From a virus (taxonomy: Duplodnaviria; Caudoviricetes), in the IMG/VR virus record IMGVR_UViG_3300034069_002177, positions 64,001-128,000 of that record: a DNA stretch of 64,000 bases; one strand, written 5' to 3'. Position 1 is the first letter of the stretch. Each line of letters starts with the position of its first letter. This document shows, in pieces, positions 56,385 through 64,000 of the stretch. Made by a program: the position numbers and the translations under genes. A model generated the notes under the pieces. That model saw nothing but the letters and a program-made list of their open reading frames with translations. It ran no database searches and had not been told where the DNA came from.

Positions 56385-57128
56385 ATGTCATCCGTCGTTC
56401 TTGTCCTTTCTGGTGTACTCCAATCATGGGGTACTACCACTATCGGTCATGCCCGAGCAACAAACAGCTACCCAACCAAGAGCGCCATCGTTGGTCTTGT
56501 TGCAAATGCGCTCGGTAGAGAACGCACTGATACCATTTCGGATTTGGCGAAACTTTCGTTCGGAGTTCGTATCGATATGGCGGGCGTAGTGCAACGTGAT
56601 TATCACACGGTCAGCATTATCACTCAGCCGACTAAAGGTGACAGAGTGAATCGCATCACTGAACGCTATTACTTAGCCGATGCTGTTTTCGTGGTCGTGC
56701 TTAGTGGTACTGATAATGAGCTAATCAAGCAAATCGGAGAAGCATTACAGCGCCCCGCACGACCTTTGTTCCTGGGACGCAAGTCATGCCCTCCTATCAG
56801 ACCAACTTTTCATAGCTACTCAGATCTTGGCGTTCAAGAAACACTGGCTGCTGTTGCTTGGCAGGCTGATATTGCTACGCAGGAATCATTCATCGGTTCT
56901 CATCTCGAATTAGATGTTTACCGAGACCCTACCGATGACATCGAGGGTTTTGACTCTGATGTCATCAATGACCAGCCGAAGAGTTTTGATCCTCATGCTC
57001 GTAGGTATGCATCACGAGGCGTTTACCGCGATGTCGTAAAGATCGAGTTTCCTATTCAGCAGTCAAGAACGACTCCTATTTCTGGTTTCTTTGCGCTGGC
57101 ACAAAAGGTTGCGGAGGCAGCATCATGA
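56385..57128 (+). CDS. cas5: type I-E Cas5 (CasD)
   Basis: LSGVLQSWG...PTKSAIVGLVANALG, RDYHTV, RYYLADAVF, LFLGRKSCPP. Confidence 0.96.
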   Translation: MSSVVLVLSGVLQSWGTTTIGHARATNSYPTKSAIVGLVANALGRERTDTISDLAKLSFGVRIDMAGVVQRDYHTVSIITQPTKGDRVNRITERYYLADAVFVVVLSGTDNELIKQIGEALQRPARPLFLGRKSCPPIRPTFHSYSDLGVQETLAAVAWQADIATQESFIGSHLELDVYRDPTDDIEGFDSDVINDQPKSFDPHARRYASRGVYRDVVKIEFPIQQSRTTPISGFFALAQKVAEAAS

Positions 57129-57760
57129 CGTATCTCACCGTCGTTCCTCTGAATGCTTACAGGGCGTCCACTAAGAAGATGCTGTCTTCTCGTCAAGTTG
57201 CTCACGCAACAGTGATGCAGTCATTCGCGCCCAATCAAAATCTCAATGACGCCGATTCAAGAGTTCTTTGGTCGCTTGATGTTTCGGGTCGAGACGTGCA
57301 ACTGACCATTCTGAGTCCAGAGCGGGCTTCTGTAGAGCACATTGTGGAGACCTGCGGATGGACAGCAGCGGGAGATTCTAGCTTCCAGCAAGTTGAATAC
57401 ACCCCGTTGGTTTCGAGTGTTGCAACAGGAAGTCAGTATTCATTTTCTGTCACAGTCAATCCTGTTATTTCGGTCACAGGAAGTTCCAAACGCATAGCGG
57501 TTTCCGAGAAAGACGTAGCTGCATGGGTTGCTTCTAAATTCGGGCGGGAAGGTATGAGAATTATCACCTCAGAAGTAATCTCGTATCGTATTGAATCCTT
57601 CAAACGAGGAAACGGCAAGGTCACTCTGGCGTTGGCTACCGTCACTGGGACATTCCGGGTTGAGGATGCATCAGCCACGCAAAAAGCTCTCGTTGCTGGG
57701 ATTGGTCGTGCCAAAGGATATGGCTGTGGTCTCATCTCACTCAACGAGCAATTAGTCTGA
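57125..57760 (+). CDS. cas6e: type I-E Cas6e (CasE/Cse3)
   Basis: HATVMQSF, RVLW, VNPV, C-terminal GIGRAKGYGCGLISL. Confidence 0.95.
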   Translation: MTYLTVVPLNAYRASTKKMLSSRQVAHATVMQSFAPNQNLNDADSRVLWSLDVSGRDVQLTILSPERASVEHIVETCGWTAAGDSSFQQVEYTPLVSSVATGSQYSFSVTVNPVISVTGSSKRIAVSEKDVAAWVASKFGREGMRIITSEVISYRIESFKRGNGKVTLALATVTGTFRVEDASATQKALVAGIGRAKGYGCGLISLNEQLV

Positions 57761-57765
57761 TTGGG

Positions 57766-57838
57766 GTGCTCCCAGTGATGGGATGTTCCTCCGTGATACC
57801 GACGTGACAAGAATTCCCCGGCACGCCGGGGTTGCACT
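57766..57838 (+). CRISPR. single-spacer mini-array with atypical repeats and a 21-nt spacer
   Basis: GTGC-TCCCA-GTGA-TGGGA-TGTTCC (24 nt), spacer 57790-57810, GAAT-TCCCCGG-CACG-CCGGGGT-TGCACT (28 nt), 5 nt after cas6e stop. Confidence 0.8.
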
Positions 57839-57857
57839 CCAATCAGATTCACTCAGT

Positions 57858-57886
57858 TTGACTTTCGGGCATAATTGAACTACCGT
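57858..57886 (+). promoter_or_regulatory. sigma70-type promoter
   Basis: TTGACT-17 nt-TACCGT upstream of 57921. Confidence 0.55.
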
Positions 57887-57920
57887 AGATGTTGTAGTAA
57901 GAACCAGAAAGGACTACAAC

Positions 57921-58325
57921 ATGGCTGTCACTCTAGATTCAATGCCGAACGAGGTCAATGTCAAGGACGCACCTCCCGCTCCTAATCTCGTCAAGGTCGC
58001 AACTCTCCGAGCGGTCACCACTCGCCGTCGTCTGGATCGTTTCTGGCAGATGATTCGCGATGAGGCTCCCACCAGCTATCCCGTTGGCACCTACAGCATC
58101 CCTGGTGAAGAGGATCTGAAGCTCGTGGTGGTCGATGTCATGAAGCCCGCATCAAGCGCAGAGCTTACCGATGACGACACAGCAGTCTTCCCGAAATACC
58201 GTTTCGGTGCAAAGGTCGTCTCTGCCGATTCGATTGCTACCGATCTCGGTGAAATCGGAGTTGCCACTCCTTACGACTACGTAGCTCCCAAGCCCAAGAA
58301 CACTCCCGGTGACGGATTCGTTTGA
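57921..58325 (+). CDS. hypothetical protein (paralog of 41483-41905)
   Basis: RBS GAAAGGA; RFWQMIRDE...GTY. Confidence 0.85.
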   Translation: MAVTLDSMPNEVNVKDAPPAPNLVKVATLRAVTTRRRLDRFWQMIRDEAPTSYPVGTYSIPGEEDLKLVVVDVMKPASSAELTDDDTAVFPKYRFGAKVVSADSIATDLGEIGVATPYDYVAPKPKNTPGDGFV

Positions 58326-58675
58326 TGTATTCCTGCGAACCAGATGAGGTAAATCCGAGCGTCCAGATGCCGGATATCGCTCATGAGATTCTTCGGCTCC
58401 AAAGCGAGCTTGGGGATCTTTGGCAGGAATACATCGAGGTAGCGGAACTCAGCGGTTTTGTTGACTCAGAAAAGCCTCATGAAGAAAATTTCGCCATCTT
58501 GGAATCGACAATGATGGCTGTGGCAGAACGTGGTCCTTATAGTGCCCTCCGTACGCAATCAGAAGGTGTGAACTGGGCAGATGAAAATGGTCTTCCTCAA
58601 CGAATGCATTACCGGAAAGATGGTGTTGTCGAGTACACTTACGATTCGGGCGAGACCTTTCTTTCAAACGAGTGA
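58322..58675 (+). CDS. hypothetical protein
   Basis: Overlaps upstream stop; 117 aa acidic. Confidence 0.7.
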   Translation: MMYSCEPDEVNPSVQMPDIAHEILRLQSELGDLWQEYIEVAELSGFVDSEKPHEENFAILESTMMAVAERGPYSALRTQSEGVNWADENGLPQRMHYRKDGVVEYTYDSGETFLSNE

Positions 58676-58706
58676 GAGGGTTCGTTGTTTGCGTTACGAT
58701 GAACCA

Positions 58707-59012
58707 ATGAACGTACAGCCGCCAAAACCAGATTTGCTCGTCACCTTCCCTGATGGAGCAATAGCTGGATGGCATGACGGTTATTTCTTCGGTGACGATT
58801 CCAAAGCTGCTATGGCTATTCTGAGATGTGAAGCACTGTTCTTTTTTGAATCGGAGCTTGGGCTGTCTGTAGCCAACCAATACTCTATCGAAGGAGCACT
58901 TGTCGCTCTTATTGGTAGTAAGCCCCGAAGTCAATTCATCATCGTACCGGAACAACCAATCAACAACGTCCCAATGGTTTTAGCAGCCGGAATAGGTGCT
59001 TGGCATGAGTGA
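58707..59012 (+). CDS. hypothetical protein
   Basis: ORF filling the gap; start uncertain. Confidence 0.6.
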   Translation: MNVQPPKPDLLVTFPDGAIAGWHDGYFFGDDSKAAMAILRCEALFFFESELGLSVANQYSIEGALVALIGSKPRSQFIIVPEQPINNVPMVLAAGIGAWHE

Positions 59013-59430
59013 TACTTTTATCACCAAAGAAATCTTGGACAAAAACGGCAACCCTAAAACCATTCAAGTCAAGGTCGCAGGTGATGCGTACCGTCCCAAC
59101 CCTAGTTGGCGCGGCATCGAGTACGGCTGGACAATTGATGACGTAGCACCTGAGTCCATTGATGGGAATTGGCGTCAGGACATTGCTGACTGGGTGGTAT
59201 CACACGGTGGCGTTGTGGTTGCTAGACGAGTTGATATCGACAACGAAGAAGTTCCTTTGGTTTATACAGCAAACCACAGCCTGTTATTCGTTGTATTTGA
59301 CAAAGAACCCGAGCCAAAACATTGGCAGCAATGGAGTCAAGACTCTGGCATTGATAAAGAGCAAGTGCTGCTTCACAGAGTCATTCACGACGGCAATTCG
59401 GTTCGCCATAAGTTTTCGTTGATGTCGTAA
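59005..59430 (+). CDS. hypothetical protein, DKNG-motif family
   Basis: EILDKNGNPKTIQVK. Confidence 0.75.
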   Translation: MSDTFITKEILDKNGNPKTIQVKVAGDAYRPNPSWRGIEYGWTIDDVAPESIDGNWRQDIADWVVSHGGVVVARRVDIDNEEVPLVYTANHSLLFVVFDKEPEPKHWQQWSQDSGIDKEQVLLHRVIHDGNSVRHKFSLMS

Positions 59431-59479
59431 CCAGTTGCTAAGATGAGTACATCAGCAATCATCTCTCAAAGGACATGAC

Positions 59480-60523
59480 GTGAGTGAACTCATCGCAACA
59501 CCAGTCACAGACAAGAACGGCAAGCAGACCACCGTTCATAAAAAGCCCGTTACTTCGGGTACCGGTGCCAAGCGTGCATCGAAGGTAGCTCCTAAGAGCG
59601 CCGCCGTCAAAAAGACCTACGAGAAAAAGGGTCCAACTCTTACGGAAAAGCTGGAAGGCTACAAGGAGGAACTCAAGAGCCGCGTTACGGCACTTGCTGA
59701 TGACGCCAATTGGAATCATTACCTCACTTCGATGAGTAAGTTCCATAACTACTCATGGAACAATCAGATCCTCATTGATATCCAAACCAAAGGGCAGGCA
59801 ACTCATGTTGCAGGCTACAAGACATGGCAGTCCTTGGGTCGCACGGTTAATGGCGGCGAGAAGGCTATCGCTATCATTGGATTTCGAAAGATCAAAGTAG
59901 ATGCTACCGACCGTAATGGCAACAAGATTATGGGAGCGGATGGCAAGCCCGAGAAAAAGGAGATTCCCAACTTCTTCGGCACAGGTGTTTTCGACATTGC
60001 ACAGACTTCCGGTGACGCACTACCCGAGGCACACGCCAAGATGACAGCAGAACCCCCTGTTGGTCTCACTAACGACCTTGAAGCAACCATTAAGGCAAAA
60101 GGCTTCTCAGTTGAATACGTAGACAACTTACGTGGAGCTAAGGGCAGCACTTCCACCGATCCGAATCGCAAGGTTGTGCAGATTCTCAGCAGCTTGAACG
60201 ATGGCGAACGAGCCAAGACTCTTGCACACGAACTGTTCCATATCGCCTCTGGTCACATCGAACGTGCCGATGAGTACCACACCGGTCATGGTGGGCAACG
60301 TAACGCTATGGAAGTGGAAGCGGAGTCCGGTGCATACGTTCTTCTGCGTGCTAACGGTATGGACGAGCATGCAGATACCTCAGCGACCTATGTTGCCGGA
60401 TGGGCTGGCGTTCGTGGCGGTAACGACCGTGAGAAAATGGTTGCTAATGCCGCAGAAAATGTTGCCAAAACAACTCGTTCACTTCTTACCGATTTCGAGT
60501 GGCAAAACTCCGACTTAGTGTAG
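59480..60523 (+). CDS. ardC: ArdC-like ssDNA-binding plus zincin metallopeptidase protein with DKNG N-terminus
   Basis: FHNYSWNNQILI..Q...ATHVAGYKTWQSLGRTVNGGEKAI; TLAHELFH; EVEAESGAY. Confidence 0.8.
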   Translation: MSELIATPVTDKNGKQTTVHKKPVTSGTGAKRASKVAPKSAAVKKTYEKKGPTLTEKLEGYKEELKSRVTALADDANWNHYLTSMSKFHNYSWNNQILIDIQTKGQATHVAGYKTWQSLGRTVNGGEKAIAIIGFRKIKVDATDRNGNKIMGADGKPEKKEIPNFFGTGVFDIAQTSGDALPEAHAKMTAEPPVGLTNDLEATIKAKGFSVEYVDNLRGAKGSTSTDPNRKVVQILSSLNDGERAKTLAHELFHIASGHIERADEYHTGHGGQRNAMEVEAESGAYVLLRANGMDEHADTSATYVAGWAGVRGGNDREKMVANAAENVAKTTRSLLTDFEWQNSDLV

Positions 60524-60553
60524 CCTGTACAAAATTTCCACCCGGAGGCTCTC

Positions 60554-60718
60554 ATGGCTACAGCAATCATCGAAATCGTAGACGAAGGTAACGACCTTGT
60601 TTATGTGTTCACTCACGAAGACGACCTGCAAGCAGCACTTGACGAATCTGATGGTGATGTAGCTAACTTTGCTGACATCGAGTGGGTAGAAAGCCGCCCT
60701 CGCACCACAAACGATTGA
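60554..60718 (+). CDS. small highly acidic protein (54 aa)
   Basis: RBS GGAGG; not in ORF track (<60 aa); 15 D/E vs 2 R. Confidence 0.75.
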   Translation: MATAIIEIVDEGNDLVYVFTHEDDLQAALDESDGDVANFADIEWVESRPRTTND

Positions 60719-60785
60719 TCTAAACTGACTGTAGCCAGAATGATTGGTGATAGTGTTATGTCAATCTTTAGGCGGGTCGTGACAG

Positions 60786-61829
60786 ATGATGACGGACATT
60801 CCTTTCGGCATTGCTGAAATCGAAGGCGAAGCGGTAACCATAGCGGAATTGAATTTCGCGGAAGTCGCCGCCTTTACCGCGTTCATCCCTAACCACGAAC
60901 TTCTTTTTGCCCTGATTCGCTCGCTTGACTTCTCGGGTCACACCCCGCCAATTCTTGCGCAAACGGATGAAGAACGGCAGTTTGTCGAGCATACAATGCA
61001 GGGGAACTACATTCCTACTTCGGAAGATGTTGGGATGGCGAGCGAAGTATTCGGAAGATGGGTGAACGACGTAGCTCCCCTAGGCATTCAGTCTCTCGTG
61101 GAAAAGGGTCTGCTTATCCCCGCTGAGAACAACAGCTTCAAAACGCATCGGTCGCTCGACAACATCATTCGTACGTTACGGATGCCTGTGGAGCATATGT
61201 CTTACCGCACCACTCAGGTACCAACAAAAGATCCTTTAGGAGCACCAATTCTGCGATCTGCACTTTACGGAGTACAGAGCTATGCGGGGGATTGGGTTAT
61301 CGCTGAACACTTCCAGTCTCACGAGTACATCAGGTTCGTTGGTATTGCGGGAGGCACTCAGTTGGCTTCTAAGGTCGGAGAAGTCCTCAGCGCAGGTGTG
61401 GCTCATTCCATCTCGAATCCGCTTGTGTCGGGCAATGGGTCGGAGTTCAGACCATACTCAGTAATCATCTCGCGCACCAACGAGCATGGTGCGAGCATAA
61501 TCACATCAGCCCAAGCAACAGGGGTGGGAAAAGATGCGTTGTGGTATACACCGTATCCTGAGGCGGGCGACAACAAACTGCTCGGGAGTCACGTCAAAAA
61601 GTTCGGTAATGTCTTCTCGTCTGAGCCGGGAGTTGCCCAAATGGCTTCGGCACCGTATACTCAGATGGATATAAGGAATGGTATCGAAGGATGGTCTCTA
61701 ATTGGAGACAATGATCAGTTCGTTCGTGAAGTCTCGCACCTCACCGAATTGACGTTGCACTCACAAGCCGACCATCTACCAGACACGATACCTGAATACT
61801 TCTTCGACGAAAACAAGGGAAACGATTGA
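60786..61829 (+). CDS. hypothetical protein, possibly EspG-like (paralog 1)
   Basis: ELNFAEV... QSLVEKGLL...; first of three coupled ORFs. Confidence 0.7.
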   Translation: MMTDIPFGIAEIEGEAVTIAELNFAEVAAFTAFIPNHELLFALIRSLDFSGHTPPILAQTDEERQFVEHTMQGNYIPTSEDVGMASEVFGRWVNDVAPLGIQSLVEKGLLIPAENNSFKTHRSLDNIIRTLRMPVEHMSYRTTQVPTKDPLGAPILRSALYGVQSYAGDWVIAEHFQSHEYIRFVGIAGGTQLASKVGEVLSAGVAHSISNPLVSGNGSEFRPYSVIISRTNEHGASIITSAQATGVGKDALWYTPYPEAGDNKLLGSHVKKFGNVFSSEPGVAQMASAPYTQMDIRNGIEGWSLIGDNDQFVREVSHLTELTLHSQADHLPDTIPEYFFDENKGND

Positions 61830-62809
61830 GCACGCACGCATCAGTAATTGATTTGGATATCACCGAATTAGCAGCCATTCTGCTTACTAAGGGTGGACCC
61901 GGAACAGCGGCAGCCATCAGCATCATCGATGAGTCATTATCTGCGCTTGGACCGGTGGCTAACGTCCTCGTGCAGAATGCAATGACGTACGATGAGCGCA
62001 CAAGCGATTACACACTCCCTCGCAACTACACTGGAAAGATTCTTGCCAACAAGCTCATTGCTGAGAAAGTGACTCGGCTTGGTCTAGAAATCCTCTCAGA
62101 CCGAGGTCTTGTTGATGACGCCGGATTCACTAATCCTGTCATCGAACCTATCATGCAGATTCTGACTAATCCCAACCGTGTCATTCACAACTTCACGATG
62201 CTTGCGGAGTACGACCGTCGTGAGTTCGTAGCTCGCTTGGGTCAGCGACTAGGTAAGGATGCCGCTGAGAACGCCGTGCCTCAGACTCCGCCCAACGGAA
62301 TCTCCTACCCCGTCACCGCTTATGCCGCCACCATCATCTCGACTGAGCATGGTGGGGTTGTTATCGCCCCGAATGATTTCAACTCGATGCTGTTCGATTT
62401 GCAGTTGATCGCTTCCGGCTCTGTTTCCGGTTTCATCAAGGAACTCTCAGTGGTTGCGGAAGATGTGACACCTAAGTCTATCCCCCGAACAATTGTCTAC
62501 GGCATCAAGATTCCAGGTGGAACCGAAATTAATTCTGCCGTATTCGCAGACGAAAAGGGTAATTGGAGCGCTGCCTTCTCGACTCCCGAAGACGACATTC
62601 AGTACCTCCCTCTTTCTAACGCCGATGGCTCAGTGGTCTCTAACGAGTTCGTTGTCGCGTCGAACAAGACAGACCTTCTTGTCGCAAGCGCACTTCGGGA
62701 CAGTGTATCGCTCGCAAATCTTGATTCTGCTGGCGATTACATCGCTAAACTTTCAGATGTACCTCTCGCCAAGCGCAACGAGACGACCAAAGAGAACCTA
62801 GAGGACTAA
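61826..62809 (+). CDS. hypothetical protein, possibly EspG-like (paralog 2)
   Basis: DLDITELAAIL... ILSDRGLV...; overlaps upstream stop. Confidence 0.7.
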   Translation: MSTHASVIDLDITELAAILLTKGGPGTAAAISIIDESLSALGPVANVLVQNAMTYDERTSDYTLPRNYTGKILANKLIAEKVTRLGLEILSDRGLVDDAGFTNPVIEPIMQILTNPNRVIHNFTMLAEYDRREFVARLGQRLGKDAAENAVPQTPPNGISYPVTAYAATIISTEHGGVVIAPNDFNSMLFDLQLIASGSVSGFIKELSVVAEDVTPKSIPRTIVYGIKIPGGTEINSAVFADEKGNWSAAFSTPEDDIQYLPLSNADGSVVSNEFVVASNKTDLLVASALRDSVSLANLDSAGDYIAKLSDVPLAKRNETTKENLED

Positions 62810-62811
62810 AC

Positions 62812-63606
62812 GTGAGCGTCACCCCATTTAGACTGAGCGGTAATGAGCTTGTTGCTCTCCTTGTCAGCATCGTGCCCGAGAAGACTCTATGGTCATCATT
62901 GCGCATCATGGGTCTACTGAGTGATGTCGAGGGCTACGAGAAAATCTCAGACAGCTACCCGCCCTCTGAAGAAGTTGTTATTAGGGGAACGCAGTCACTC
63001 ATCGACAGAGGGCTGCTTCACTTTGTAGAAGGTGTAGCTCACGCCAATACGGAAATTGAAGCTATAGGACTCGCATTCGCCCAGCCTGAAGCTGTCTTGA
63101 CGTACCAGTCGATCTCCGAAGAAGTTGAATTCACGTCGGTCATTGTTGACACCAGTAGTGGCTATCGAGTTGTTCTGGACTTTGCAACAGGTTCTAGTTA
63201 CGAAGCCACTTTGGTCCATAAAGAAGATTCTGATATCACTACATTCTTTTCCACTATTGCGGCAGCTATCGCAACAGCGTTCAAGAGCTATCTCTTTGAC
63301 ATTGCTTACTACACCAATTCGGATGATGTGCTTACTGCTTACGTTGTGTGCACTCCTGAAGCTCCCGACGAAGCGCTATCTTCTATGTCTTTGGAACGAG
63401 GCGGGTACTGGGTTGTTAGCGCTGATGTTCCCTATACCGGTGATGACATCAAGGTCTATCAGATTAACGGAGAAAGCGAAGAGATCCCGATTTTCCGTCG
63501 AGAATTCTCTTCGCTTCCTGATGCTCTCAGCAACCTAAAGGATAGGCTCCTTGCAGAGGCTACCGAGAGTGAAGACGATTATGATGAATCGTCTGTACTA
63601 ATTTAG
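62812..63606 (+). CDS. hypothetical protein, possibly EspG-like (paralog 3)
   Basis: RLSGNELVALL... QSLIDRGLL...AFAQP. Confidence 0.7.
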   Translation: MSVTPFRLSGNELVALLVSIVPEKTLWSSLRIMGLLSDVEGYEKISDSYPPSEEVVIRGTQSLIDRGLLHFVEGVAHANTEIEAIGLAFAQPEAVLTYQSISEEVEFTSVIVDTSSGYRVVLDFATGSSYEATLVHKEDSDITTFFSTIAAAIATAFKSYLFDIAYYTNSDDVLTAYVVCTPEAPDEALSSMSLERGGYWVVSADVPYTGDDIKVYQINGESEEIPIFRREFSSLPDALSNLKDRLLAEATESEDDYDESSVLI

Positions 63607-63998
63607 GCGACCTGATATCCGCGTGCGTTGCGCACGGTGAAGATACTGGGCGCGAGCTTGATGACAGGCTCGTCATCGGAATCGTAAGACCGAGTGACAT
63701 TTCCCGAACCGGTGATAGTGTCGTTTGCCTGCACCTTGGCGAATCGCGACGGAATCATGTGCACGATGGTGCTCACGAATCCATCATTGTCGGGCATCTC
63801 TACACGAATGAGCACGGAACTACCATCGTCCAGCTTCTGGACGATTTTACCCGTGAAACGAACTCCCTTAGCGGAGCCCATCATTGCCCGAATACTCGGG
63901 TCTGAGGCATACTTTCGAAGTGTCATGATTGGTCCTTTCTTTCCTAAGTTCACTTTATCAGAGGTATCAAAATTTGTCAAACATCTCTTTAGGAACAC
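63603..63998 (-). CDS. hypothetical protein, possible OB fold
   Basis: VRFTGKIVQ...IRV...NDTITGSGNV; start uncertain, near window end. Confidence 0.6.
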   Translation of the reverse strand: MFLKRCLTNFDTSDKVNLGKKGPIMTLRKYASDPSIRAMMGSAKGVRFTGKIVQKLDDGSSVLIRVEMPDNDGFVSTIVHMIPSRFAKVQANDTITGSGNVTRSYDSDDEPVIKLAPSIFTVRNARGYQVA

Positions 63999-64000
63999 AC

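Noticed and set aside
50277-57838. CRISPR-associated transposon (CAST)
   Set aside because: No TnsA/B/C, TniQ or integrase is visible in the window, and Cas3 looks catalytically intact. It cannot be excluded for genes outside the window.

Overview
The window looks like part of a large (jumbo-type) actinobacteriophage, or a phage-like megaplasmid; no virion structural genes fall inside it. Positions ~0.9-17.9 kb are a plus-strand RNA-gene island: about 60 canonical tRNAs covering all 20 amino acids, about 11 non-canonical tRNA-like elements, a tmRNA, a compact (~240 nt) RNase P RNA, and many sigma70-type promoters. Positions ~18-64 kb are accessory CDSs: RtcB, two HNH nucleases, dUTPase, RNase H-like, NrdH, a DNA methyltransferase, a Rep_1-like HUH protein, an ArdC-like protein, two pilin-like proteins, a family of eight proteins sharing an N-terminal DKNG motif, and a type I-E cas operon (cas3, cas8e with a Cas11-like C-terminal extension, cas7, cas5, cas6e; no cas1/cas2 in the window). 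The main finding is two degenerate I-E-geometry repeat arrays with only 20-21 nt spacers, one next to cas6e and one hidden in the tRNA island. All six spacers are antisense to the anticodon-to-T-arm segment of tRNA genes and are placed so that the invariant G53-T54-T55 would supply an AAC PAM. Where a target could be inferred, mismatches cluster at the flipped-out positions 6/12/18. The element's own tRNAs carry mismatches to these guides. I infer a mini-Cascade that attacks or silences host tRNA genes while the element supplies replacements. Host matches rest on recalled tRNA consensus, not on a database search.
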